From Tricharina praecox (Eukaryota): 64,000 nt of DNA. The position numbers and the translations under genes are program-made. Shown one piece after another: positions 12,504 to 23,097 of the stretch (position 1 is the stretch's first letter; each line of letters opens with the position of its first letter). Under the pieces are notes generated by a model. That model was not told where the DNA came from and ran no database searches. It was given only the letters and a program-made list of their open reading frames with translations. The stretch spans positions 2,232,001 through 2,296,000 of the forward strand of contig NW_026250403.1 in assembly GCF_024521635.1 (NCBI RefSeq), written 5' to 3'.

Positions 12504-13961
12504 ATGCATCGCACGTATTCGATGCGTCAGTCGCGTGCACCGACACAGTCGCAGATTGAGCGTCCGCCACCACCCACGAGCTCCACCAAAGTCGGGCGAT
12601 TGTTCGGCGGGGGAAGCTTCGGTTTGTTTGCCTGTCCTTTCCTTGTGCTTACTTCTTTTACCGATTGGTTTTCCTTTGTTCCTCTCCCCCCTCCAGCGAA
12701 TGCTTCTTGCTTGTCACGGAGGGGAGATGAATATGCCTGTCAAATTGGCTAACTCGGTTTGGCTGATGGAGGTAATGCAGGACACAACTTGCGCAAGTCG
12801 GTGGCCGGTGCATAGTGAGTTCTCATAGTCGTTTCCATCTCGGCCACCCGTGCTACTTGCTAACCATGGTTGTAGCGGTCCCGACCTCGCTCGGAAACTC
12901 TCGCAGCTCGTCAAGATGGAGAAGAACGTGATGCGATCGATGGAACTTGTGGGTCGCGAGCGCCGCGAGGTGGCCCGCCAGCTCTCCATCTGGGGCGAGG
13001 AGTGCGACGAGGACGTCTCCGATATTACGGATAAACTGGGAGTTCTTATTTTCGAGATCGGTGAGCTCGAGGACCAGTTCATCGATCGGTACGATCAGTA
13101 CAGAGTCACCATCAAGAGCATAAGGAATATCGAGGCGAGTGTACAACCGAGCCGTGATCGTGAGTATATCCAATACAGTGAGGCTTGAGAGGGTGAGACT
13201 AATGAGGGGAACAGGCAAGCAGAAGATTACCGACCAGATTGCCCAGCTCAAATACAAAGATCCCAACTCGCCGAAGATTGTGGTGCTGGAGCAGGAGCTT
13301 GTGCGTGCTGAGGCCGAGTCGTTGGTTGCCGAGGCCCAGCTATCGAACATCACCCGCGAGAAGATCAAGGCGGCGTTTACGTACCAGTTTGATGCCATGC
13401 GCGAGCATGCCGAGAAAGTTGCCATGATTGCAGGCTATGGAAAGCACTTGCTGGAGCTTATTGACGACACGCCTGTTACTCCCGGTGAGACGAGACCGGC
13501 TTACGACGGATACGAGGATAGCAAGAGGTACTTATATCGATTTGGTGATTCCTGGTATATTACTGACTATCCGTAGTATTATCCAAGATTGCGAGGACTC
13601 ACTTACTAACTGGGTCGAATCCCGAGCCATGGTGCGCTCCCGCCTATCTCAGCGCGGTGTCCGTCCCCGCCGAACCGGTGGCCGTGCCTCCCGCGTCCGC
13701 CAACCCATCAATCTCTCGGACCAAGACCGTCCCCTCCACGACGATGGCTGGGTTCCGGCCGATGAACACGAGCGAAAAGTGACTGGCCGTAACAGCCTAG
13801 TCCTTAACCGCGAGGATGACGACGAATACGAAGACATCACTGACGACGAGCGGCACGCACCGCGCGCCCGCCGCAGTCTGGATGATGAGCGTCACTACAA
13901 GAACGCTGCAGCCGACTCCCGCGGTCATCGCGAAGCCGATAACCTGGTTGCCGATGAATGA
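12504..13961 (+). CDS. Eisosome BAR-domain protein, Pil1/Lsp1 family (short form ending at the first TGA)
   Basis: Exons 12504-12621, 12781-12814, 12876-13159, 13215-13527, 13577-13961. MHRTYSMRQSRAPT, GPDLARKLSQLVKMEKN and LEQELVRAEAESLVAEAQLSNITR are Pil1/Lsp1 signatures. Confidence 0.92.
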
Positions 13962-14426
13962 CAGACGTCGAACGCCGGAGGCGGCATTAGCGGTGGCGAG
14001 GGCCGCAACGAAAGGGGGTATGTTATTGGAACTGGCATCAGTTCTGGTGGATTTAGAACTAGGGATTCGGGCGTGGGGGGGCTATCTAATATTGCGACTA
14101 CTGGAACTGGATATCATGATAACGATTCGACGACACCACGGAGTTTTGCTAATGACCGGAAGATGATGGAGGACAAGCGCGAGGAGTTTGAGAGGACCGA
14201 GGGAGCGGCGGCGAGGGAGAGTAGCATGGAGCGGGAGAGGGTACGTGATACCAGCGGAGCCGGAATGTTGAGAACTACTATGCGTGGAAGCCCCGCGTAC
14301 AACGAGCAGAAGGCGGAAATGGAGGGTGTTGATGATACTCGTGAGAGGGATAGCTTGACCGCGGATCATGAGCACAAGAACTTCTTGGACAAGGCGAAAG
14401 ATAAGATTATCGGTGTTGGGGTTTGA
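13962..14426 (+). CDS. Candidate in-frame C-terminal extension (154 aa) of the Pil1-family protein
   Basis: Same frame as the Pil1 last exon, with no stop from 13962 to TGA 14424-14426. Gly-rich then charged hydrophilic peptide ending EHKNFLDKAKDKIIGVGV. Confidence 0.55.
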   Translation, partial: QTSNAGGGISGGEGRNERGYVIGTGISSGGFRTRDSGVGGLSNIATTGTGYHDNDSTTPRSFANDRKMMEDKREEFERTEGAAARESSMERERVRDTSGAGMLRTTMRGSPAYNEQKAEMEGVDDTRERDSLTADHEHKNFLDKAKDKIIGVGV

Positions 14427-15552
14427 TTGATCGATTTGTTCTCTCTGTTGTCTGTCTGTCGTGTTTGTCGTTCTGTTCTGCTCTGCTCGTTCTTCGAAAT
14501 GTTTGTGATTGTACTGGACGTTGTGATGATTGTATTGTTATGTGTACTGTACGCTCGATTGTGTTATAATAGTTATGCTGTAATGAATGGTTCACTCAAC
14601 CGGGCTTTCTCCACTGTGAATACTGTCTCGTACAAGTGGATGTCACTGTCGGTACGATACGTCACTGGCCACCGGAATCGGCAGGCTTCGGCTTGAAATC
14701 ACCCCGGGACGGTAGTGGCCACGGCCAAAACAGCAAGCTTCGGGACAGTCTCACCACGGCCTCGTCGCTGGTTTCGCACAAGCCGCAGAGCTAACCGGCA
14801 AGGACTCGTCTTCTCCGGTCAGGATGGATACATACAAAACAACGCCCCTGTATATATCCAATTATACATCTCGTCATGATGTAAGTCAGTATTGAACGGT
14901 AACTTGTAAGTGCTAAGAGGGGCTGAAGCCACTACATACTCTAACTAAGCCTTGTTCACATCCACCCTGCTAGGTACATGTCGTACGTACTTCTTACTAA
15001 CATACATGTCTATGGATGTAGAATAGAGTAACCCTCCCGCACCATGTCCGCACTCTACATACTCTATCATCCCTGACCCACCGCCACGCGTTAGTTAGTT
15101 GGATACTTACGCAGCTGAACTCTGGAATTTCCCCATTCGAGGGATTTACGGACATTAACTAGAGTATGTAATTAACTAGTGGTTGCTGCAGGTGGTGGTG
15201 GGCCTGGTCAGTGGTGGTGGTGGCACTGGTGGGGCTGAGGTGGTGAAACGTCAGTGGAATTGAAGGGTGTCGTCCCGTCAAACCTGGGATTTCAGCATCG
15301 CCCGTCTCAACGCCTCCCTCCATCCCTTGCCCAGACAGCGTGCCCGCCCGGCACGGACTGAGATGCGGGACGGGACGGAGACTTGTTTGCGCTCTGGTGG
15401 GACGTCGAAGGGCCTAGGGAAAGATGAGAGGAGGGGAGGGGAGGGGACGAGGACTCGCATGGTAAGCCGTGGCTGATCCCCCAAGTAATCGCCCGTAGAG
15501 TAGCGGGGAAAAGCCCCCCCCCAAAAAAAAGCGAAGAAGTGTGTGGTGCACT

Positions 15553-15594
15553 GCCAGCCAGCCAGCCAGCCAGCCAACTGCGTGCGTGCGTCTG

Positions 15595-15629
<35 letters not shown>
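15553..15629. repeat. Compound tetranucleotide microsatellite (GCCA)n, (GCGT)n, (GCAG)n upstream of the SUR7/PalI gene
   Basis: Read directly from the sequence. Confidence 0.9.
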
Positions 15630-15794
15630 CTGGAAGGTCTTGTCAGCTTCGACGGACAACTCAGGGCTTTAAAAGATTCCCCCCTCCCACTCCCCCACAT
15701 TTACATTTCTCCCCACTACCTTTCGTATCGATTCCTTTTCCATCGACACCGACACACAGAAAAGACGAAAGACGAAAGAAAGAAATCACACGTC

Positions 15795-16883
15795 ATGGGA
15801 AAAATCGGCCGCTTCGCGTGTATCCTCACGCCCATGCTTTGTACCCTCGCCTCGCTGGTGGCAGTGGTACTTCTCCTCATCAGCGGGACGAGCAGGAAGA
15901 TGCTGCCGTCGATGTATCAGTTCAGGGTTCGTAGTTGTGTTCCCCACTCCCGTCGTTGCGTTGTACATATCCACTGACGCTGGCTGAACCCCGCAGCTCG
16001 ACGTCCGCCGCATCAACCTCCAAAGCTCTCTCGACACGATTCCGGGCTCACTCAGCGCCAACGTCAGCACGGGCGTCACACAGGCAAACGCCCAAGAGCT
16101 CGGCATGAGTGACTTCTACACGTCGCACATGTGGAACTACTGTTCGGGCAACGTCACGAACGACAACTCGTGGGACATCCAGAGGTGTACGGCGTCGAAG
16201 TCTGGGTACACTTTCGATGTCGATGCTATCGTCGCCGCGGAGGCAAAGAAGGAGATTGAATTCCCCGACAGCGTCAAGAAGGTCCAGAAGGCTATCAATA
16301 TCGTCCAGAAGCTCATGGCCGCCTGCTATGTGCTGGGCGCTGTGGCTACCGGCGCTTGCTTCATTGTCGGATGGTTTGGCCTGCTGAGTAGGTGGGGAAG
16401 TTGTATCACCACTGTTATCGCGGACGTAAGTACCTCCGGCCCCATATTCTCGCGCACGTGACTAACTCCGGGAAACAGGCGGCCTTCCTCTTCATCCTCG
16501 CCGGCTCGATCTGTAGCACGGTGCTGAGCTACAGTCTCAAGGGTGCCTTCAACAAAGCCTTCGACAGCTTCGGCGTGTCATGCACGATCGGCTCGCAATG
16601 GCAGACGACGACATGGACGGCCACGGCATTCGCGCTCGCCGCCAGCGTGTTCTGGATGATGTCGACGTGCTGCTGCTCAGGGCGCACCAGCAAGGTGATG
16701 GGCCACCGCGAGCCGAAGGGGAAGCGCGCCATGAAGGCCGAGCGCACCCCGCACACCTACGAGAGGGTTGCCAGCCCGTATATGGGCCACAACGCTGAAG
16801 AGTCCGGCCAGAGCGTGCCAATGCAGCCCTACGGTGCCCACCAGAAGCCTGGGTTTGAGCCCATGAGACATGGCCGCGTATAG
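15795..16883 (+). CDS. SUR7/PalI-family tetraspan membrane protein
   Basis: Exons 15795-15926, 15997-16425, 16479-16883. N-terminal TM helix, claudin-like FYTSHMWNYCSG...C motif and three further TM helices. Confidence 0.85.
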
Positions 16884-17350
16884 TGCGGATTATTTGTGTC
16901 TGCTGCGCTGCCGGTGAGGTGATGTGGCGGAGTGGAGTGGAGTGGTCGTTGTTTTTCGGTTTTGGGTTGGGTTGGGTCGGGTCAGCGTCCATGTTTTGGG
17001 TTGGGTTAGGGTCCATGTTTTGGGTTTATTTTCACGAATCTTCTTGCATACCATGTGTTCTACGGTACTTGTTTATATTTGCAGTTTACTAATATAGTAC
17101 GGTTGGCTTGCTGTCCACTATAAAGTATGGATTAATACCGCTTCCCGGAATGTACCGAGCAATGACGCTATGGAAAGAAGAAAACAACTGCTGGAGCCTG
17201 GAAACCAGTTCGGCTACAGAATATAAGGTTTCACGGATCACAGACCACGGACCCAAAAGCCGAGTCAAATCCTGTGTATCATTCGCTGAAATTGCGCCTA
17301 CCAGTACTCTATTGCCCTGTATAAATACGTTTCAATCACTAACCCAGCAC

Positions 17351-18302
17351 CTAACCATTATCGGCGACAGCATCTCCAGGTTCAAGGCTTACGCCATCAA
17401 TGACGCTACCATCATTGAGTCCCAGGCCCTGATCGTAGTCAAACTGGACCACGCCGTAGACCTCGCCGGTATTGATGTTTTTAAGCACGAACCGTAGCGG
17501 CTGCTGGTCCCAGTACTTGGTCATTTCGAACTTGAAGCCCAATCCGGGGATCTTGACGGAGAAATCTGCCCGCACTTTATCAGCGCCTGTTTGTCGAGGA
17601 GAGCTGCGGGGAGGGGGAAGAGGTAGAGCGGAACAAACCGCTGAAATCCATCATGCCGTTGCAGAAGTCCCACCGGTACTCGACGCCCTTGCGGAACGTA
17701 AACTCCTTCTGGTGGTAATACAGGAAATGCTTCCGCCGCTCAGCCGGAGTCCCGGGGATATCGGCGGGCATATGTTCCTCTATCACCGGAGCTTCCTCCT
17801 CCCTTTCCTCCCCCTCACCAGCCCCCTCCTCCACCCCCACCCCCTCCTCCCTGCCAGCAACCTCCCCCCTCACATCCAAAAAATTCACCGCCCCCAGCAC
17901 GCGACTATGCACCTCCGGGCAATCGGCATACGGCTCCCCCTGAATCCCCGGATCAACCCACCTGAGCGCCGCCCACGCGGCCCCAAAGAAAACCGGCAGC
18001 CTCTCGCGTATCGGCTTATCAAAGGTATTACTTATGACCAGCTCGTCGCCCGGCACGTCTTCGTGCGGCGTGAAAAAAAATTGTATGCTGAACTTGTCGC
18101 TGCGGTGCAGGGGGTGCGTGAAGTATGACGAGCCCGAAGTGGGTGGAGCGGGAGTGCCGGTCCAGCTGGCGATGTGGATGCGCACGCGGAGCGTGGAAGA
18201 GATGGGTGTGGGCGGGTGGGACGGTGGTGGGTTCGGTGCGAGGGCTGTGTGCGTGGAGCGGTTCTCGGAGGGCCCTGCGGCAAGGAGGATCTTGGGGGGC
18301 AT
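17351..18302 (-). CDS. DUF1769-family fungal protein
   Basis: Exons 18302-17639 and 17565-17351. SNTFDKPIRERLP, WVDPGIQGEPYAD and KYWDQQPLRFVLKN resemble DUF1769 from memory. Confidence 0.75.
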
Positions 18303-18631
18303 GGTGGGCGTATCGGGGAGATACGATGGTGATGGTGTTGTGGATGTCGTGCGAAGGAGCTGGAGGAATGATATAGGAGACGGGATGATATACAGATACT
18401 GATAGCGATGTCATCGCGATAACCGGGAGAGACTCAAGCTTGTTCCTGCATGAGGTAGCTGACGAGCTCGTAGATACCCCACTACGTCATCGGCGTAATT
18501 CCTGACGTTACACCAGGAAAGCTTAAACTTTAAGTGACTCTCTGTGACGCCAACCCCATTCCAACTAATTTACAGTGCGCGACAAACAAGTGACAGGAAG
18601 ACAATGAAGAAACTGAAAAATACACAATGCT

Positions 18632-20235
18632 TCACCGCCGGCCAACGAGAGCCTTCCATCCCTCCTTGCAGCCCACTTCCAGCGCCTTCAAGGCACCATA
18701 CCGCCAGCCGACACCCGCCATAACCACCAGCATCGCGCCGCCCAACATGGCCTCCTCGATGGCCATCTGCTTCTCGGCCTTCTGCAGGACCTCCGAATAC
18801 CGGTCATTCCCAAAGCTAACCATCGAATACAGCGTCTTGACGCCTAACGACGGCACCCACTTTGCGCACGCCTCTTCCACCCATTTGCGCAGTAGATAGC
18901 CCCGCTTCGTCACGCCGCTTCGCATCTCATCGTAGTTCCGCATCGCCAAGTCCACGATTGCCCATGCGTCTGGCTGCCGCTCATTGGTATACGCCTGCAG
19001 CGCGGACTTCAAGTCTTCAGGATTGGCGCGGATGTGTTTGAAGAGGATGTTGACGGACTCAAAGCCAGCGTTCATTCCCTGGCCATAGAAGGGCACCATG
19101 GCGTGCGCAGCATCGCCAATGATCACGCAGCGATCGGAGTAGTGGTACGGTCCCGTGCGGATGCTGACCAGTGGCAAGTGCTCGTTCGCGAAGTACTGGT
19201 CACAGAGGGAGTCTTCACCGAGGATGTCGAGGACATCGGCATAGTGCTCGCGGAAGAAGGCGATTAGATCTGACCGCGATTCGATGCTGTTGAAGAGGTG
19301 TTCGGGCATGAACAATGTCGATGTGAATGATTTGTCGATGGACGGGATGGCAATGAACATTTGCGTCTGCTTCGGCCAGATGTGCAGGTGGTCGGGCGAG
19401 AGCTGGAAATCGCCGGTTGTCGGGTGCGGGGGAATCGTGAATTCGCACCACATCGTGCTGATGTAGGTCTGCTCGTAGTACATCCTGGTAGCAGCCGGTC
19501 AGTTCACTCTCCTGCATGCCACACCGGAAAAACATACTTGACGTGTCGCTGCAGCTGATTCCTCACCGCGGAATGCGCACCGTCGGCACCCACTACCAAA
19601 TCCGCATACACCTTCACCGTCTCCCCCGTATCACTGCACCAGTCAGCCACCAGCCACCAGCCACACCAGCGGGCCACAGCCAGACTCACCTCTTCACAAA
19701 CTCCGCCTCGGCGCCGTCCTCCCCATCGAGCTTAAGTCGCCTCAATTTATGCCTGAAGCACAACTGCACGTTATCTCTCTCCTCGAGCGCATCCAGCAGC
19801 TGCATATTGAGCAGCGCCCTATCGGCACTCCGGATAAACCGCCCATGCACGCTATCGTAAGCCTGGGCTTCACCCTTCGTCCCAACCTCGCCAGAATGGA
19901 TCATCCGGCCGTGCATGGGTATAGTCTCCTCGAGCACCTTGTGTAGCAGCGCCGCACCCGCATCGCCAATGTTCCGTAGGCCGTTGATGCCGCGTTCGGA
20001 GAGCGCAAGGTTGATGGATTTCCCGGAGCCTAGTGCGCGGTTCTCGGGAGAGCGTAGGTCTACGGAATGCATGTTCAGCACCGCCACCCAGAGAGCAGGA
20101 GAGAAGCATAATACCGTCACGTAGCTCGTACACCGTCACGTCCCAGCCCGCGTGCGAGAAGTATAGGCCTGCTAGGGCTCCCACCGGTCCGGCGCCGATA
20201 ATTGCTACTGTCTGCGTCTTATGTGGAGATACCAT
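18632..20235 (-). CDS. BNA4: Kynurenine 3-monooxygenase (FAD-dependent)
   Basis: Four exons. IIGAGPVG, GKSINLALSERG, VGADGAHSAVR, HLHIWP, GDAAHAMVPFYGQGMNAGFE and a C-terminal TM anchor. Confidence 0.93.
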
Positions 20236-21312
20236 CTTCTATGCGTGTTGAAGCTGTGGGGTTGGACTCCAGGAAGATTGTATGTAGAGATGAGGTATGG
20301 CGAGAGCAGGTAGGCACGTGGTATGCTTTCAGAGGGTGGCTTAAGGGTAATTTTCAAAGGGTGATATCAAGTGACGTAGATATGCAAGGTGCTGAAAACG
20401 GCTGGAGTTGTTTGTACGAGTGCGAGAAGTGTCACAAAAAAGGAAGAGAAGGAGGAGGAGGAGTATGAATATGAAGAGAAGGGAAAGAAGAGAAGAAGAA
20501 GAAAACCCGAGAGCAAAAGACTTCAGGCTGGCTGGGCCCAGCCCTGCAGCGGGGGTGGGGTTCGTGTGCATCCATATCGATCGGTGACAGTGGCCACCGC
20601 CCATGGCTAAAAGGGAATAGCATTTGCCATCCCGAGAAGTTCTCGATCTCTGCGTGTGTGTGAGGATGGAGGCGGCCGCAGGTGGGTGGAGGCGAGAAAA
20701 GAAAGGCCGCGTTTTTCCGCGGGCCGCCAATGCCTCGTTTTACCGAGACAACCCGCTTAGAAATGGCACGGAAAAGTGATGATGCGATGGCCATCGCGTG
20801 GGTGTGTGCAACGGACGGGACATACCGGCGTCCTGCGTCCTTCCGCCGCCAGCGAGTCGGCTTGAAGAGGTGGCAGGTCTGATTCGTCAGGCGCATATCG
20901 ACAGCATCGCCGACTAGAGTATGTAACAGTGCCGCTGGAAACTCGTCTGCCCTCCTAAAGCTCTACTATTCTATGCATCTCCTACTCCCGTCCGCCTCAT
21001 ATCCTCCAGAGACTCACCGGTAACTCATCAGTTGGATGCTGTGAATCTATAGAGTAGCGCTGACTCTTTTCACGCTCGGCAATCACGGTATGCGCGCAAT
21101 GAGCCAGAATACGAGGGAGAGTATGTAATCAGATCCTCAAATCCTCAAATATCCCTAACCCATAGCAATTCGGTCGTTAGAGGGACCGAACGTTCCTGGT
21201 ACTTACGGTACTTAGTACACCGGGCCTCCTCATCAGACACCTGAACCTTCCCATCTGTCACTCCACCAAAAACACCATCCCCACTCCTAGGTACTGCCTC
21301 AATACAACAACC

Positions 21313-22718
21313 ATGACGATGTCTACGATGACAGTCTCCCCCACCGACCAGCCCGCCTCTCTGACCAAAAAGTTTTGCGCCGGAGTCGCCTGCGCAAATA
21401 CCGCTGGCACGCTGCAATGCCCCACCTGCCTCAAGTTGGGCAGCGCTAAGGCCTTTTTCTGCTCACAAGACTGCTTCAAACGCTCGTGGGTTAGTCCAGC
21501 ACCCTCTCCCCCACATGCGCATTTTGGTCCGCTGGCTAACCGGCCGGCTTGCGCGTTTCGCGGGTCGCCAACAGAGTGAACACAAAGCCCTGCACAAGCC
21601 CGCCTACCGTAAGACTCCCACCTTGCTCCAGTCCCTCAAAGACGCATTCAGTTCACCAACGCCGCTTCCCACGGACCCAGAGTCTGGCAGCTTCGATCCG
21701 TTCCCAGACTTCAGATATACCGGAACCCTCCGGGCCGCCTACCCTCTCTCGGCGACTAGAAAACTGCCTGAGCATATCCCCCGTCCCGACTACGCTGCCG
21801 ATGGCATTCCGAGAAGCGAATACACCACCTCCTCGCGGAAAATTACGATTTTAGATGCAAAGGGGATCGAGGGCATGCGCACTGTGTGTCGGCTTGCTCG
21901 GGAGGTGCTCGATATTGCCGCCGCTGCTGTCGCCCCCGGCGTCACCACCGACGAGATCGACGAGATTGTGCATAAAGCGTGTATAGAGCGCGATGTATTC
22001 TCCCTCCCCACTTGACACTCCCCCTCCAAAATTCGCTGACACAAACCAGAGCTACCCCTCTCCCCTAAACTACAACCACTTCCCTAAGTCCGTGTGCACA
22101 TCCGTCAACGAGATCATCTGCCACGGCATCCCCGACAGCCGCCCGCTCGTCGACGGCGACATCATCAACATCGACGTAACGCTGCACTACAAAGGCTACC
22201 ACGGCGACCTGAACGAGACGTACTACGTGGGGACGCCTTCGCCGTCGTCGATCCGCGTCGTCGAAACCGCGCGAGACTGTCTCAACGCCGCGATCGACCT
22301 GGTAAAGCCCGGCATGCTCTTCCGGGATCCCGGCAATGTTATCGAGCCCCTCGCCAAAGCCCGCGGGTGCAGCATCGTGCGCACCTACTGCGGCCACGGA
22401 ATAAACGAGCTGTTCCACTGCGCCCCCAACGTGCCCCACTACTCGAAGAATAAGGCTGTCGGCGCCGCAAAGGCCGGAATGTGCTTCTCCATCGAGCCCA
22501 TGGTAAATCTGGGCACCTGGAGGGACAAGACTTGGCCCGATCAGTGGACTAGTGCTACGGTGGATGGACAGAGGAGCGCGCAGTTCGAGCATACGCTGTT
22601 GGTCACCGAGGATGGCGTCGAGGTGTTGACCGCGAGGAAGGCGGATTCGCCGGGTGGGCCGGTGCCGATTCCCGAGGAAGAGTTGAAGGCGGTGGTGCCG
22701 AGGAAGGGTGGAGACTAG
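21313..22718 (+). CDS. MAP1: Methionine aminopeptidase type 1 with N-terminal zinc finger
   Basis: Exons 21313-21489, 21575-21994, 22050-22718. LQCPTCLK...[28 protein letters not shown] and SAQFEHT. Three in-frame Mets make the exact start uncertain. Confidence 0.95.
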
Positions 22719-22973
22719 CAGACAGATGATTGTATTTGTCGCATGCAATACAATGTATAGGCTAGGCCGGAGTTTAAGATGGTTTTATATGTGTAACATG
22801 GGATACCAGTTTTGCTACCACGATGTTGAACCGCAGTGTGGGGAATTTGTGTTATCTGTCCTGTCCTGTCCAATGCCAATATTGTGAAGCTCGAACACGC
22901 TGTAGTTCTGTTCCGCTTTTCCTGTAATAAAGGTGTTCATCGAAAGGTACTTTATTGCATCATATGACATCAC

Positions 22974-23002
22974 CCACCACCACCACCACCACCACCACCA
23001 CC
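22974..23002. repeat. (CCA)n microsatellite between convergent MAP1 and UTP4
   Basis: Read directly from the sequence. Confidence 0.9.
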
Positions 23003-23097
23003 GTGCAAACCAAACAGAAGATCACAACGCCATTATTTATCACCCAGTAGATACACCCTTGGCCAAACTTTTGTCCACGCTATAGAATATAGCATGT

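Noticed and set aside
20250-21300. Small ORFs between BNA4 and MAP1
   Set aside because: Purine-rich low-complexity sequence with no consistent gene model.
21609-21680. Possible in-frame GTAAGA...CAG intron in MAP1 exon 2
   Set aside because: No good branch site, and the encoded peptide resembles the linker I recall in other filamentous fungal Map1 proteins.
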